A stretch of 64,000 bases of DNA from a bacterium (GCA_046339895.1 JBKDDT010000014.1:10567-74566), one strand, 5' to 3'; counted from the first letter of the stretch, positions 34,020 to 44,922 are shown. Program-made: numbers and translations. Notes: generated by a model from the letters alone, not told the origin.

Positions 34020-35624
34020 ATGTCTACCTTTTATGTAACGACGCCGATCTACTACGTCAACGACCGCCCGCACATTGGGCACTGCTATACCACGTGCGTG
34101 GCGGATGTCGCGGCGCGTTTTGCGCGGCTGATGGGGCTGGAGACGTACTTTTTGACGGGGACCGACGAGCACGCCGACAAGGTGATAGCCAAGGCGGTTG
34201 AGAACCGGCTGACCGAGCAGCAGTGGGTGGACCAGTGCGCGGGTGAGTTTGTGCGGGCGTTTGCGCTGTTGGGGTTTTCGCAGGACGTGTTTTATCGCAC
34301 CAGTGATCCGCAGCACAAGGCGTTGGCGCAGCGGTACATTAAGAAACTTTTGGATCAAGGGGATGTCTACTTGGGGGATTACGTCGGGTGGTATGACCCG
34401 TCGCAGGATGAGTATTTGACTGAGACGCTTGCCAAGGAGCACAACTACCAAAGCCCGGTCACGGGCAAGGCGTTGGAGAAGCGGACGGAGAAGAACTATT
34501 TTTTTCGCTTGAGCAAGTATCAGGACGCCTTAGCGGCGTATATCGCTGAGCACGAGGAGTTTATATTGCCGTTGGCGAGGCGGAACGAGGTGCTCGGCCG
34601 GCTGAAGGATGGTTTGCAGGACGTGCCGGTGAGTCGTGCGCTGAAGGCAGGGGAGAGCACGTGGGGGGTGTTGATGCCTGGGGACCCGAGCCACCGGGTG
34701 TATGTGTGGATTGAGGCGTTGTGCAACTATCTGACGGCGGTTGACACGGCGGGGAAGCGGCACCTTTGGCCGGCAGCGGTGCACCTGATGGCCAAGGACA
34801 TTTTGTGGTTCCACGCGGTGATATGGCCGGCGATGCTGATGGCGTTAGGTCAGGGGCAGCCCAAGACGGTGTATGCGCACGCGTACTGGGTGCGTGAGGG
34901 TCGGAAGATGAGCAAGTCTTTGGGGAACTTTGTTGATATCGACGTGATTGAGCGGTATGTGGGCGTGTTTGGTGCTGATGCGTTGCGGTATTACTTGATC
35001 ACGCAGGGGCCGCAGGGTGTGAGCGATGCGGACTTTTCGCACGGGCGGTTTATCGAGACGTACAACGCCGAGCTTGCCAATGGGATTGGGAATGCGACGA
35101 GCCGGGTTGGGAACATGATCGACAAGTACTTTGGTGGTCGCGTGCCCGGGCATGGGGGCGTGGGTGTGCTGTCGGGTCTGGAGCAGTTTGACTGGCCGGT
35201 GTTGACGGCGACGGCGGTGCGGAGCGCGGTTGCGAGGTTTGGGGAGTTGGACTTGGCGGGCGCGACGTATGAGGGGATCGCGCTGGTGCGGAAGGTGGAT
35301 GCGTACATCAACGCGACGGAGCCGTTTAAGATTGCGAAGAAGTTGGAAGCGGAGCCGGGGTTGAAGGATCGGCTTGGGGCGATTTTGTACCACTGTGCGG
35401 AGGCTTTGCGTGTGGCGACGTTGCTGTTGACGCCGGCGATGCCGGTGAAGATGGGGCAGTTGCAGCGGACTTGGAACTGCGTGCCGGCGGGTGGAGTTAC
35501 GCTGTCGCAGCTTGCGGACTGGCACGGCCCGCACGCATTGGTGCCCGGGCAGGGTCTGACCAAGGGTGAGGTGCTGTTCATGCGGGCGGACCCGGGGGCT
35601 GCGTGGCCGCCGGTGGGGGGGTGA
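34020..35624 (+). CDS. metG: Methionine--tRNA ligase
   Basis: ATG 34020 gives MSTFYVTTPIYYVNDRPHIGH (HIGH motif). KMSKS motif (GRKMSKSLGN). 534 aa. Confidence 0.92.
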   Translation: MSTFYVTTPIYYVNDRPHIGHCYTTCVADVAARFARLMGLETYFLTGTDEHADKVIAKAVENRLTEQQWVDQCAGEFVRAFALLGFSQDVFYRTSDPQHKALAQRYIKKLLDQGDVYLGDYVGWYDPSQDEYLTETLAKEHNYQSPVTGKALEKRTEKNYFFRLSKYQDALAAYIAEHEEFILPLARRNEVLGRLKDGLQDVPVSRALKAGESTWGVLMPGDPSHRVYVWIEALCNYLTAVDTAGKRHLWPAAVHLMAKDILWFHAVIWPAMLMALGQGQPKTVYAHAYWVREGRKMSKSLGNFVDIDVIERYVGVFGADALRYYLITQGPQGVSDADFSHGRFIETYNAELANGIGNATSRVGNMIDKYFGGRVPGHGGVGVLSGLEQFDWPVLTATAVRSAVARFGELDLAGATYEGIALVRKVDAYINATEPFKIAKKLEAEPGLKDRLGAILYHCAEALRVATLLLTPAMPVKMGQLQRTWNCVPAGGVTLSQLADWHGPHALVPGQGLTKGEVLFMRADPGAAWPPVGG

Positions 35625-35729
35625 GTATGCGGGTATTTGGGGGCTTTTTGCCGGGTTTTTTGAGTTGGGATTGGCGGCGGGGTTTGTGGATGCTACCGTC
35701 GGGCTGCCACTATTTTGGAGGAACGGCCT

Positions 35730-37322
35730 ATGGCACTGACGATCGACCCGGGGACACAGGTTTTACTTGCACGCGACAGCAATCAGGCGTTGGGGTTGGG
35801 GCGGTTTGCGGTGGATTTCATGGGTGAGCAGGGTGGGAGGTTGCCGGCCAAGCCCGCGGGCGGCGGGCCTGGTGCGGCGGTGGTGGAGCGTACGAACTTA
35901 TTCTTTGTGGATTCGGTGCTGTGCGGGTTATCCGCGTTGGCGTTGGGGACCAATGCGCCGACGATTTTGCGTGAGGAAGCGCTTGGGTATGCGTGCGCGC
36001 CCGGGGGTGTGGGTGATATGCGGCTGGGTGGGGTGCCGGTGTTTGGGAGCAGGCAGCCGGTGTTTGTTGAGAAGGCGGTGGCGGCCAACTGCAGCGCGGT
36101 GCGGGAGTGGGATAGTAATGGGACGAACTTTGGGTATAACCCGGCGTACGGGCACACAGCCGGGGAGTTTGGGCATAATGATTTTTATCCTGTGGCTGTT
36201 GCGGCGGCGCAGCAGGTGGGGCGTGATGGGGCGTTTGCGGTGCGGGGGATGATTTTGCTCGATGAGATTCGCGGTCGGCTGGCGGAGGTTTTTAGCCTCA
36301 AGACGTACAAGATCGACCACGTGCTGCACGGGGCGATCGCCAGTGCGGCGACGTATGGGGCGATGGTGGGGGCGACGCCCGAGCAGATTGAGCATGCGAT
36401 TGGGATGGTTGTGGCGCACCACGTGCCTTTTAGAGCGATCCGGTATGGGAAGCAGTTGTCTGATAGCAAGGGTGCGTCGGCGGCGATCAGCACGGAGGCG
36501 GCGATCGTGTGCACGCGGCGTGCGATGCGGGGGTTTGTGGGTCCCAAGGATATTTTCCGTAATGCCGAGGGTGTGTTTTGTTTGTTCGAGAAGCCTGCGA
36601 ACAAGGGCGAAAGCCCGTTTGACCTTGTGCTGAGCCGGGCGGGCAGCGCGTTCGCGGTGATGGGGATGCACTTTAAGCTTGGGCTGTATGAGCACCAGAG
36701 CGCGGGAGCGATCCAGGCGTTGCTGAACATTTTGGCGCGCAGCCCGGGGCTGCTGGACAAGGGTGGGCGGGGGATTAGGAAGATCAAGGTGGTGGCGTAT
36801 GAGCCGGCGTACCACATTATCGGGGACCCGGCCAAGCGCGACCCGCGCACGCGGCAGAGCGCCGACCACAGCATGGTGTATATCTTGGCGACGCTGCTGC
36901 GTAAGGCGATTGAGCACAAGACGGCCGACTGGGCGGCGTTGATGCTGATGCCGCGGGACTACAGCGAGCAGGCGATCTTCAACAGTACGACGAGGCAGTT
37001 GATCGACCGGATCGAGTTCACGCACGGCGGGGCGGAGTATGACGCGAAGTATCCGGAGGGGATTCCGACGAGCGTGGTGATCACCGATGAGTTGGGGAAC
37101 CAGCACGATTCGGGGCTGGTGATGTTCCCGGCAGGGCACGCGCGGAACACGACGGCGGACTTGAAGAAACTGCTGGCGCACAAGTTCAACTTGCTGGCGG
37201 CGCTCGCGTCTGATGAGCCCAAGGGTGTGATCGCGCGGTTTGGGGATTTGCACAACAAGAGTGCCGAGCAGGTGGGGGGGTTGTACGACTTTGTGATCGC
37301 CCGGCGTGGGAAGATTGATTGA
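35730..37322 (+). CDS. MmgE/PrpD family protein (2-methylcitrate dehydratase-like)
   Basis: ATG 35730 is preceded by GGAGG. ~530 aa with overall resemblance to PrpD-family proteins (from memory). Function not resolved. Confidence 0.75.
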   Translation: MALTIDPGTQVLLARDSNQALGLGRFAVDFMGEQGGRLPAKPAGGGPGAAVVERTNLFFVDSVLCGLSALALGTNAPTILREEALGYACAPGGVGDMRLGGVPVFGSRQPVFVEKAVAANCSAVREWDSNGTNFGYNPAYGHTAGEFGHNDFYPVAVAAAQQVGRDGAFAVRGMILLDEIRGRLAEVFSLKTYKIDHVLHGAIASAATYGAMVGATPEQIEHAIGMVVAHHVPFRAIRYGKQLSDSKGASAAISTEAAIVCTRRAMRGFVGPKDIFRNAEGVFCLFEKPANKGESPFDLVLSRAGSAFAVMGMHFKLGLYEHQSAGAIQALLNILARSPGLLDKGGRGIRKIKVVAYEPAYHIIGDPAKRDPRTRQSADHSMVYILATLLRKAIEHKTADWAALMLMPRDYSEQAIFNSTTRQLIDRIEFTHGGAEYDAKYPEGIPTSVVITDELGNQHDSGLVMFPAGHARNTTADLKKLLAHKFNLLAALASDEPKGVIARFGDLHNKSAEQVGGLYDFVIARRGKID

Positions 37323-37392
37323 GCGGGTGGGGGCGGGCGCGCTCCTAGGATGGGTCAGCCAGGCCGGTGTGCCTGGGAAAGAGGAGTTTCTG

Positions 37393-38547
37393 ATGGCGAC
37401 TGCTATGGTTTCACCGGTTGCGGGGCTGAATGGGCACGGTGCCGGGTCAATTAACGTGCGTGGGGTTTTGGGCAAGACGGCTGACGGGCTGTTGGGGCAC
37501 GCCGCGAGGGTTGGGCGGGAGCATTTGCATGTGCCGGGGCCTGACTTTGTGGAGCGTGTGTTTTCGCAGAGCGACCGCCCGGTGCCCGTGCTGCGGAACT
37601 TTCAGACGATCTTGAACACGGGCCGGCTAGCGGGGACGGGGTATGTGTCGATTTTGCCGGTGGACCAGGGGATTGAGCACTCGGCGGGTGCGAGCTTTGC
37701 GCCGAACCCGGCGTACTTTGACCCGGAGAACATCGTGAAGTTGGCGATCGATGGGGGTTGCAACGCGGTGGCGAGCACGATCGGGGTGCTGGGCTCGGTG
37801 GCGCGGAAGTATGCGCACAAGATACCGTTTTTGGTCAAGTTCAACCACAACGAGATGCTGACAAGCCCGAATATTTTCAGGCAGAGTTATTTCGGGAGCA
37901 TCAAGCAGTGTTACGAGATGGGGGCGGTGGCGGTTGGGGCGACGGTTTATTTCGGCAGCGAGACCTCGCGTGAGGAGATTCGCTACGTGAGCGATATGTT
38001 TGAGCAGGCGCATTCGTATGGGATGGTTACGGTGCTGTGGTGCTACACGCGGTCGAACTCGTTTAAGGTCAAGGGTGCCGACGGAAAGAGCACGGATTAC
38101 CACTCTAGTGCGGACCTGACGGGGCAGGCGAACCACCTGGGGGCGACGATCAAGGCGGACATCATCAAGCAGAAGTTGCCGACGAACAACGGTGGTTACG
38201 CGGCGTTGAACTCGGGTGGATCGTCGTACGGCAAGTGGGACAAGCGTGTGTACACGGAGTTGTGCGGCAGCGACGAGGCCGGGCACGGCGGGCACCCGAT
38301 TGATTTGTGCCGGTACCAGGTGCTCAACAACTACATGGGGCGTGTGCCGTTGATTAATTCGGGTGGTGAGAGCAAGGGCGCGGGGGACCTTGAGGAGGCC
38401 GTCGCTACGGCGGTGGTGAACAAGCGTGCGGGTGGGATGGGTTTGATCTCGGGTCGGAAGGCGTTCCAGAAGCCGATGGTTGAGGGGGTGAAGTTGCTGC
38501 ACGCGGTGCAGGATGTGTATTTGGATAAGGGTGTGACGATTGCGTGA
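37393..38547 (+). CDS. fbaB: Class I fructose-bisphosphate aldolase (DeoC/LacD-type, FbaB-like)
   Basis: ATG 37393. [45 protein letters not shown] matches the FbaB/DhnA-type aldolase N-terminal region. ~385 aa. Confidence 0.8.
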   Translation: MATAMVSPVAGLNGHGAGSINVRGVLGKTADGLLGHAARVGREHLHVPGPDFVERVFSQSDRPVPVLRNFQTILNTGRLAGTGYVSILPVDQGIEHSAGASFAPNPAYFDPENIVKLAIDGGCNAVASTIGVLGSVARKYAHKIPFLVKFNHNEMLTSPNIFRQSYFGSIKQCYEMGAVAVGATVYFGSETSREEIRYVSDMFEQAHSYGMVTVLWCYTRSNSFKVKGADGKSTDYHSSADLTGQANHLGATIKADIIKQKLPTNNGGYAALNSGGSSYGKWDKRVYTELCGSDEAGHGGHPIDLCRYQVLNNYMGRVPLINSGGESKGAGDLEEAVATAVVNKRAGGMGLISGRKAFQKPMVEGVKLLHAVQDVYLDKGVTIA

Positions 38548-38589
38548 GCGGGGCGGAGCGGGGGGTGTGCCCGTGCCGAGGAGGTGCGA

Positions 38590-38892
38590 ATGTCCCAGCC
38601 GACCGACCTCACTAGCATCGAAGTGATCGACGAGCCTGTTGCCGAGATTTTGCGGAGCAAGACCGCCGGTGAGCGTCTGGCGATGTGCTTCCGCGGCGCC
38701 GCCTTCGCCAAGATGATCGTCGAATCTGGCGTCCGGCACTCGAACCCGGCGTGGGACACAGCACTTGTGAACCAAGAAGTCCTCCGGCGGATGCAACTTG
38801 GATCAGCGGGCTGGCCCGTCGGGCACAACTCCGGCCAGCAGATCAATCTTTGTGAGGGACTCTCATCAAGCCAAGCACACTTGCGGTGTTGA
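38590..38892 (+). CDS. Small hypothetical protein in a lower-GC patch
   Basis: ATG 38590 with GAGG 5 nt upstream. 100 aa. The first ~65 aa look helical (LRSKTAGERLAMCFRGAAFAKMIVESGVRHSNPAWDTALVNQEVLRRM) and the remainder looks non-coding-like. No family recognised with confidence. Confidence 0.3.
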   Translation: MSQPTDLTSIEVIDEPVAEILRSKTAGERLAMCFRGAAFAKMIVESGVRHSNPAWDTALVNQEVLRRMQLGSAGWPVGHNSGQQINLCEGLSSSQAHLRC

Positions 38893-38962
38893 TCTTTCGC
38901 CTGGTCGGTCAAGAGCATTGGCCAGGGTCGTCGAGCTTCCCCCGCATATCCTACCTACTGGC

Positions 38963-39790
38963 ATGAGTACACCCACCCCCGAGGGCGACCGACCACCACT
39001 GCCGGATGTGGTACAAAGCCAACAGCCCGAGCCGCCCGCGCTCACACCGGTGGGGTTGGTCCGGAAGCTCGGACCGGTCGGAATCTTGGCCGTGATATGG
39101 ACGGCTGGGCCGCCGTTGTGCTCGATACCGCTGTTTGCGTATATGCCGACGATTAGCGCGTGGCTGCGTTCGCATGATGGGATGGGGGTGGCGATCTTTA
39201 CGGGTGTGTTTGCGTTGCTGGCCGGGGTGGGGTTGCTGCCGACGTATGCGCAGTCGGCGTTGGGTGGTTTTGCGTTTGGGTGGCAGATTGGGATTCCGGC
39301 GGCGTTGGGGGGTTTTGCGGGGGCGTCGGTGATTGGGTATTGGATCGCACGAGCGGCGTCGGGTGAGCGTGTGATGCAGCTGATTGATGGGAACCCGCGT
39401 GCACGTGCCGTGCGTGATGCGTTGGTGCGCGATAAGCAGGCGGGGGGGACGTGGGTGTCGACGATGTGGATGGTGGCGTTGTTTCGGCTGCCGCCGAACT
39501 CACCGTTTGCGTTGTCGAACCTTGCGATGGCGGCGGCGCGGGTGCCGTTTGGACCGTTTGTGGTTGGGACGGTTTTGGGGATGGCTCCGCGTACGGGCGT
39601 GGCAGTGGTGATCGGGTCGCTGGTTGACGGGGCGATGACGGGCGAGGCACTGGACGATGCCGCGCCGCGGTGGGTGTGGGGTGTGGGGATCGGGGTGTCG
39701 TTGTTGATCTTTTTGTTTATCGGCAACTTGGGCAAGCGTGCCGTGGAGAGGGTTACGCGGCAGGAGGGTGGTGGGGGTGGTGTGGTTTGA
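38963..39790 (+). CDS. TVP38/TMEM64 (DedA-related, SNARE-associated) family membrane protein
   Basis: ATG 38963. Polytopic membrane protein with LLAGVGLLPTYAQSALGGFAFGW...GASVIGYWIAR, as in the PF09335 family. Confidence 0.75.
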   Translation: MSTPTPEGDRPPLPDVVQSQQPEPPALTPVGLVRKLGPVGILAVIWTAGPPLCSIPLFAYMPTISAWLRSHDGMGVAIFTGVFALLAGVGLLPTYAQSALGGFAFGWQIGIPAALGGFAGASVIGYWIARAASGERVMQLIDGNPRARAVRDALVRDKQAGGTWVSTMWMVALFRLPPNSPFALSNLAMAAARVPFGPFVVGTVLGMAPRTGVAVVIGSLVDGAMTGEALDDAAPRWVWGVGIGVSLLIFLFIGNLGKRAVERVTRQEGGGGGVV

Positions 39791-39842
39791 GGACTGGGTG
39801 TGATCTATGGATCGCTGGAGCAGATCGAGCGTTGGAAGAGGT

Positions 39843-39887
39843 CAACGCCACCGCTGCCCCTCGCCTCGGGTGAGGGGTTCGATGCGG
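39843..39887 (+). repeat. GC-rich palindromic (REP-like) repeat, copy 3 (shorter)
   Basis: caacgccaccgctgcccctcgcctcgggtgaggggttcgatgcgg. Shares ccaccgctgcccctc with copy 2 and gaggggttcg.gatgcg with copy 1. Confidence 0.65.
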
Positions 39888-39906
39888 GGAAGAATGGGGA
39901 TGTTTG

Positions 39907-40389
39907 TTACTCGCCGTATTTGGGGAGGTCGGCCTCGCCGAGGAGGCGGTATTCCTTGCGGCGGAGGATTTGTGCGGCGAGGGTGAGGTCGTCGACGGCG
40001 AGTGCGAGTGCGGCGATGCCTGCGGACCATCCGGTGAGGGGGTAGGAGAAGCGTATGGAGAGTTCGGCGCGGAGGAGGTGTTCACACATGCCGGTGATGG
40101 TGTGCCCGGCGTCGAGGCAGACGACCAGGACCTCGCTTTCCATGAACGGGAGGTTGTGCTCGTGCAGGATCAGTCGAGCGGCGGCGGCGTTGTTGGGGAT
40201 GATTCGTATGACGGCGTGGTCTGAGGCCTCGTGGACGGCCATGGCGCAGAGGCGGACCATGTTGTCGTCGAAGCCCTTGGTCATTTCGTGCATTTTGCCG
40301 ACGCGGTTGGGCATGAAGATGGAGAACTGAGTTACGCTTGGGGAGGCGTAGCCGCGGGCGGTCTCGGTGGGTGTGGGGGCCTGAGACAT
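39907..40389 (-). CDS. ACT-domain (amino-acid-binding) protein
   Basis: 160 aa. VTQFSIFMPNRVGKMHEMTKGF and a second half VLVVCLDAGHTITGMCEHLL resemble tandem ACT-like halves. Confidence 0.6.
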   Translation of the reverse strand: MSQAPTPTETARGYASPSVTQFSIFMPNRVGKMHEMTKGFDDNMVRLCAMAVHEASDHAVIRIIPNNAAAARLILHEHNLPFMESEVLVVCLDAGHTITGMCEHLLRAELSIRFSYPLTGWSAGIAALALAVDDLTLAAQILRRKEYRLLGEADLPKYGE

Positions 40390-40426
40390 GGGTATGTGAG
40401 GGTAGGTAGGTGGGTGGGGTTGGTGG

Positions 40427-41794
40427 TTAGGGGGTGATGGTGTCGAGTTGGGCGTCGATCTGGCCGCGTGTCTGGGTGTTGTTGTCGAGGTCTTTGAGGG
40501 TTAGTTCGGAGGTGCTCTCGATGATGAGGGCGTAGCGTGCGTCGGCGTCGGCGGCATCTTTGAGGAGTTTGCCGATGTTTTTGGTGGCCTTGTAGCTGCG
40601 GCGTGCGTTGAGGCCCATTCGGCGGAGGCGGGCGAGGAGGTTGGGGACGAGTGCGTCGGCCTCGGGTGTGCCGTTGGAGAGGACGAAGGCGTCGGTGCGG
40701 AGGCCGAGGTCGCGGGAGATTTTCTGATCGGTGGGGATGAGGCCTTTGTCCTGTAGGATGAGGGAGAGGACGACGTCGCCCATGCCAAAGCCGACGGCGG
40801 GTGTGGGTGGGCCGGCGAAGGTCTCGATGAGTTTGTCGTATCGTCCGCCGCCTGCGACGGCGCGTTCGTTGTCGACGATGACCTCGAAGACCATGCCGGT
40901 GTAGTAGGCGAGTCCGCGTGCGACGTTGAGGTCGAGTGTGCACCAGTCGGCGATGCCGGCGTTTTGGAGGGCTTGTTCGAGGGCGGTGATGGGGTGTGCG
41001 ATGGAGGGCAGGGCGGTGGTGCCGTGGGGGAGGTTGGCGAGTTCTTGGGCGATGGTGGTGGGCGTTGCGCCGTTGCGTGCGCGTGGCCTGCAGAGGAACT
41101 GGTGGAAGTCGGGGAAGTCTCCTTGGGGGAGGCCGAACTCGAAGGCTTGGTTTTCGAGTGCCTGGTTGTCGAGTTTTTCGCGTCGGTCGAGGAGGATGAA
41201 GGCGGCGTCCATGTGCTCGTCGGGTACGCTGCAGGCGCGGAGGATGTCGGCCAGGACGCCGCGGTGGTTGAAGCGGACGGAGCAGTCGGCTGGTGTGAGG
41301 CCGAGGGTTGCCAGGAGGTCAACGCAGCAGGCGATGGACTCGACGTCTGCGCGTGTGTGGTCGTCGTCGGCGAGGATGTCGCAGTTCCACTGGAGGAACT
41401 CGCGGAGCCGGCCTCGTTGCTGGCGTTCGGCGCGGAAGCAGGAGCTTTGCCAGAACCACTTGGTGGGCTTGGGCAGTTGGCCTGCGCGAGCGGCGTACAT
41501 GCGTGCGAGTGTGGGTGTGAACTCTGGGCGGAGGGCGTAGGGGGCGTGGCCGGCGGTGGCTTGGGCACGTTGTGCGTCGTCCTTGCCGCTGAAGGCTTGG
41601 AAGATTTCCGAGAGGATGCCGGGGCCGCTTTTAATGGCGTAGAGGTGGGTATGCTCGAAGGTCGGGCCGTCGATCTCGTCAAAGCCGTGGCGGATGGAGG
41701 TTTTTCGCCAGGCGTTTTCGATGTATCGTCTGCGAGCGAGGTCGAGCGGGTAGAAGTCTCGCGTGCCGGGCGGTCGCTGGATCGGTTCGGGCAT
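40427..41794 (-). CDS. hisS: Histidine--tRNA ligase
   Basis: PPGTRDFYP motif, class II core (FRAERQQRGRLREF), C-terminal anticodon-binding domain. 455 aa. Confidence 0.92.
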   Translation of the reverse strand: MPEPIQRPPGTRDFYPLDLARRRYIENAWRKTSIRHGFDEIDGPTFEHTHLYAIKSGPGILSEIFQAFSGKDDAQRAQATAGHAPYALRPEFTPTLARMYAARAGQLPKPTKWFWQSSCFRAERQQRGRLREFLQWNCDILADDDHTRADVESIACCVDLLATLGLTPADCSVRFNHRGVLADILRACSVPDEHMDAAFILLDRREKLDNQALENQAFEFGLPQGDFPDFHQFLCRPRARNGATPTTIAQELANLPHGTTALPSIAHPITALEQALQNAGIADWCTLDLNVARGLAYYTGMVFEVIVDNERAVAGGGRYDKLIETFAGPPTPAVGFGMGDVVLSLILQDKGLIPTDQKISRDLGLRTDAFVLSNGTPEADALVPNLLARLRRMGLNARRSYKATKNIGKLLKDAADADARYALIIESTSELTLKDLDNNTQTRGQIDAQLDTITP

Positions 41795-41812
41795 GGGTGA
41801 GGCTCTGCGGGC

Positions 41813-42145
41813 TTACCGGCGTGGGGTGCGTGCGTAGTTGTGCTTGGTGGTGGGAGTGGGGGTGGTGGTGGGGGTTTGTATTTCGATGCGTTCGACGCGT
41901 GTGGCGAACCAGCCTTTGTCGCCGCGTTCGGCGTCGTAGGCGACTTGGCTGGAGTCTTTGAGGACGCGGAAGCCCTCGCCGGTGATGCGTGTGTAGTGGG
42001 CGAAGATGTCCTGGCCTTCTGGGCCGACGATGAAGCCGAAGCCTTTTTTGGGATCGAACCACTTGACGGCGCCGTGCGCGTTGGTGATGGAGTTGGGTGT
42101 GATGATGGGGTTGTGGTTGCCGGGGGTTGGGTCGGTTGCACTCAT
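41813..42145 (-). CDS. Cold-shock domain protein
   Basis: ATG 42145. KWFDPKKGFGFI (RNP-1) and DIFAHY (RNP-2). ~25-aa N-terminal and ~25-aa C-terminal extensions. ~230-nt upstream leader. Confidence 0.85.
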   Translation of the reverse strand: MSATDPTPGNHNPIITPNSITNAHGAVKWFDPKKGFGFIVGPEGQDIFAHYTRITGEGFRVLKDSSQVAYDAERGDKGWFATRVERIEIQTPTTTPTPTTKHNYARTPRR

Positions 42146-42374
42146 GGGCGATCTCCAGTCGGTGTGCACGCGTGGTGTGGGTGCGATTGGTGCAAGAGCC
42201 GGTGAAAGAGTGGAAACGGCGGGTTTTGCGTGCCGAGTGTGTATGGGAGCATACACGATGGATGGGTGTGGGAGTTGCTGCTGGGAGAAGATTGTGTGGG
42301 GGGGTTAGGGAGCTTTGGGGGGGGGTGGTTAGCGGGGCTGAACGGGCGCCCTGGCGATCTCGATGGTGGAGGGG

Positions 42375-42408
42375 TTTAGAAAACCGCCGCCCGGGTAGGC
42401 GGCGGTTG
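42375..42408 (-). terminator. Rho-independent terminator after pnp
   Basis: On the minus strand: aaccgccgcc-tacccg-ggcggcggtt (10-bp stem) followed by ttttct. Lies 30 nt after the pnp stop. Confidence 0.65.
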
Positions 42409-42437
42409 GAGGGATTAGGTTTGTATTCGGAAGAGGG

Positions 42438-44630
42438 TTAGTTAACTGGAGCGGGTGCAGGGGCCTGTGCGCCGAGCGGGGCTGCGGCAGCGGCGGCGTC
42501 GTCGCGCATGGCGGCTTTGCGGGAGAGTTTGATGCGTCCTTGCTCGTCGACGAGGATGACCTTGACCTTGACGACATCGCCGACGCGGACGACCTCGCCG
42601 ACGGTTTTGACGAAGCCGTCGGCGAGTTCGGAGATGTGGCACATGCCGTCGGTGCCTGGAGCGAGTTCGATGAAGGCGCCGAAGTCTTTGGTGCTGACGA
42701 CTTTTCCTGTGTAGACGGCACCGACCTTGATTTCTTCGCAGAGGGCCTCGATCTCGCCGCGTGCCATGGCGATGGTTTCGCCGTTGGGGGAGGCGAGCGT
42801 GACGGTGCCGTCGTCTTCGACGTCGATGGAGATGCCGTAGCGCTCTTGGAGGGAGCGGATGGTCTTGCCACCTGGGCCGATGAGTTTGCCGATTTTTTCG
42901 GGGTTGATTTTGATGGTGACCAGTCGTGGGGCGTGGACGCTGATGTCTGGGCGTGGCTTGGCGATGATGCGTTCCATGATGTCGATGATTTCGAGGCGTC
43001 CCTGCTTGGCCTGCTGGAAGATGCGTTCGACTTGTTCGAGGACGAGGCCGCGGGCCTTGAGGTCGAGCTGGATGCCGGTGATGCCGCTGCGTGTGCCGGA
43101 GACCTTGAAGTCCATATCGCCGAAGAAGTCTTCCTCGCCGATGATGTCGGTGACGAAGACTTCGTTGTTGCCGTGGTCGTCGGTGAAGCGTCCGACGGAG
43201 ATGCCTGCACAGATGGCCTTGATGGGGACGCCGGCGTCCATGAGCGCGAGGCAGCCGCCGCAGACGGAGGCCATGCTGGACGAGCCGTTGGACTCGGTGA
43301 TATCGCTGACGACGCGGATGGTGTAGGGGAACTCTTCGGGGCTTGGGAGGATGGCCAGGAGGCTGCGTTCGGCGAGAGCGCCGTGTCCGATTTCTCGGCG
43401 ACCTGGGGCCATGATGCGTTTGACTTCCCCGGTGCTAAAGGGTGGGAAGTTGTAGTGGAGCATGAACTTTTTGGAGTATTCGGGGAGGAGGCCGTCGACG
43501 ATTTGTTCGTCTTTGCCGGTGCCGAGGGTTACGGAGATGAGCGACTGGGTTTCGCCGCGTTGGAAGAAGGCGGAGCCGTGTGTTCGAGCGAAGATGCCGA
43601 CCTCGCCTGTGATGGGTCGGATTTCGGTGGGGCCTCGTCCGTCGGCGCGGGCTTTGTTGAGTGCGATAAGCCTGCGGGTGACTTTTTCTTCGAGGCGTTT
43701 GAAGGCGTCCTTGGCGAGCAGGCGAGCTTTGTTGGAGTCGGCGAACTGGGCGTAGGTGCCGTCGGTCTTGACGGGGAAGTGTGTGTCGAGGACCTCTTTT
43801 CGGAGGGCGTCGACGGCGTTGTTGCGGTCTTGCTTGCCCTTGATGGTGCGGGCCTGGACCATTTTGGCCTCGGCGGCGGCGGCGACCTTTGCGGTGATCT
43901 CGGGGGTGGGCAGATAGATGTCGCCGATGACTTTGGGGACGCCGGCCTTGGCTTGGAGCTCGGCGATGAGTGAGAGGAGTTCATCGATGTGGGTCTGGCC
44001 GAACTTGATGGCGGCAAGGACGTCGGCCTCGGGGAGCTCGGCTGCGCCGACCTCGATCATGTTCAGGCCGTCTTTGTGCCCGGACAGGACGAGGTCAAGG
44101 TCGCTGAACTCCATCTGGCTCTGGGTGGGGTTGCAGACGAACTGGGGGCCGTTGTCGGTGTAGACGCGTGCAACGCGGATGGTGGCGATGGGGCCCTCGA
44201 AGGGGACATCGCTGATGGCGAGCGCGGCGGAGGCGGCGGTGCCGGCGAGGACGTCGGCATCGTTCTCGGCGTCGTGGCTCATGACGAAGCACTGGACGAG
44301 GACCTCGTCGTAGTATCCATCGGGGAAGAGCGGCCTGATCGGGCGGTCGATCATGCGCATGGTGAGGGTTTCTTTTTCGCTCGGGGGGCCTTCGCGCTTC
44401 TTAAAGCCGCCCGGGAACTTGCCGGCAGCGCTGGTGCGTTCGCGGTAATCGATGGTCAGGCCGAGGAAGTCGGGGAGCTCGTTGCGTGCCTTGCCGCGGA
44501 CGACGGCGGCGAGGACGGTGGTGCCGCCGAAGGTGAGGACGACGGCGGCATTGGCGAGTTTGGCGACCTTGCCGGTTTCGATGGTGAGTGTTCGCCCGGC
44601 GAACTGGCGTGAGAGAGCGATATGTGGCAT
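42438..44630 (-). CDS. pnp: Polyribonucleotide nucleotidyltransferase (PNPase)
   Basis: 730 aa. Two RNase PH domains, KH (IGKLIGPGGKTIRSL) and S1 (GKVVSTKDFGAFIELAPGTDGMCHISE). Confidence 0.95.
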   Translation of the reverse strand: MPHIALSRQFAGRTLTIETGKVAKLANAAVVLTFGGTTVLAAVVRGKARNELPDFLGLTIDYRERTSAAGKFPGGFKKREGPPSEKETLTMRMIDRPIRPLFPDGYYDEVLVQCFVMSHDAENDADVLAGTAASAALAISDVPFEGPIATIRVARVYTDNGPQFVCNPTQSQMEFSDLDLVLSGHKDGLNMIEVGAAELPEADVLAAIKFGQTHIDELLSLIAELQAKAGVPKVIGDIYLPTPEITAKVAAAAEAKMVQARTIKGKQDRNNAVDALRKEVLDTHFPVKTDGTYAQFADSNKARLLAKDAFKRLEEKVTRRLIALNKARADGRGPTEIRPITGEVGIFARTHGSAFFQRGETQSLISVTLGTGKDEQIVDGLLPEYSKKFMLHYNFPPFSTGEVKRIMAPGRREIGHGALAERSLLAILPSPEEFPYTIRVVSDITESNGSSSMASVCGGCLALMDAGVPIKAICAGISVGRFTDDHGNNEVFVTDIIGEEDFFGDMDFKVSGTRSGITGIQLDLKARGLVLEQVERIFQQAKQGRLEIIDIMERIIAKPRPDISVHAPRLVTIKINPEKIGKLIGPGGKTIRSLQERYGISIDVEDDGTVTLASPNGETIAMARGEIEALCEEIKVGAVYTGKVVSTKDFGAFIELAPGTDGMCHISELADGFVKTVGEVVRVGDVVKVKVILVDEQGRIKLSRKAAMRDDAAAAAAPLGAQAPAPAPVN

Positions 44631-44763
44631 GAGAGGAGCCCTTGTGCAAGAGGCGCGTGGGGGGCCGGTTTTTTGTGGGCCGACTTGGTGCGCCTGCGAG
44701 CCTGGTCAGGCACGCCGTGCGGGCATCGCGCGCATGGGCGTGGGGGCTATTGCCATTGCCAGG

Positions 44764-44816
44764 GGCAGGAGACACGGAGCGTCGGGCGTGTTGCCGGGCG
44801 ATCGGTGTCCTCTGCC
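44764..44816 (-). promoter_or_regulatory. Long imperfect hairpin in the pnp 5' leader
   Basis: ggcaggagacac (44764-44775) pairs with gtgtcctctgcc (44805-44816): 10 Watson-Crick pairs, 1 GU and 1 mismatch by hand. Located between the rpsO terminator and the pnp start. Confidence 0.35.
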
Positions 44817-44922
44817 ACGGATTTGGCGGTGGCCCCGGTTGTTGTGGTTGCGGGCGCGTTGCCTGCAACTCAAATGCGCCTGGCCGCGGTTTGGGCGGCC
44901 TGGGGCGAGGTGTTGTGTGGGC

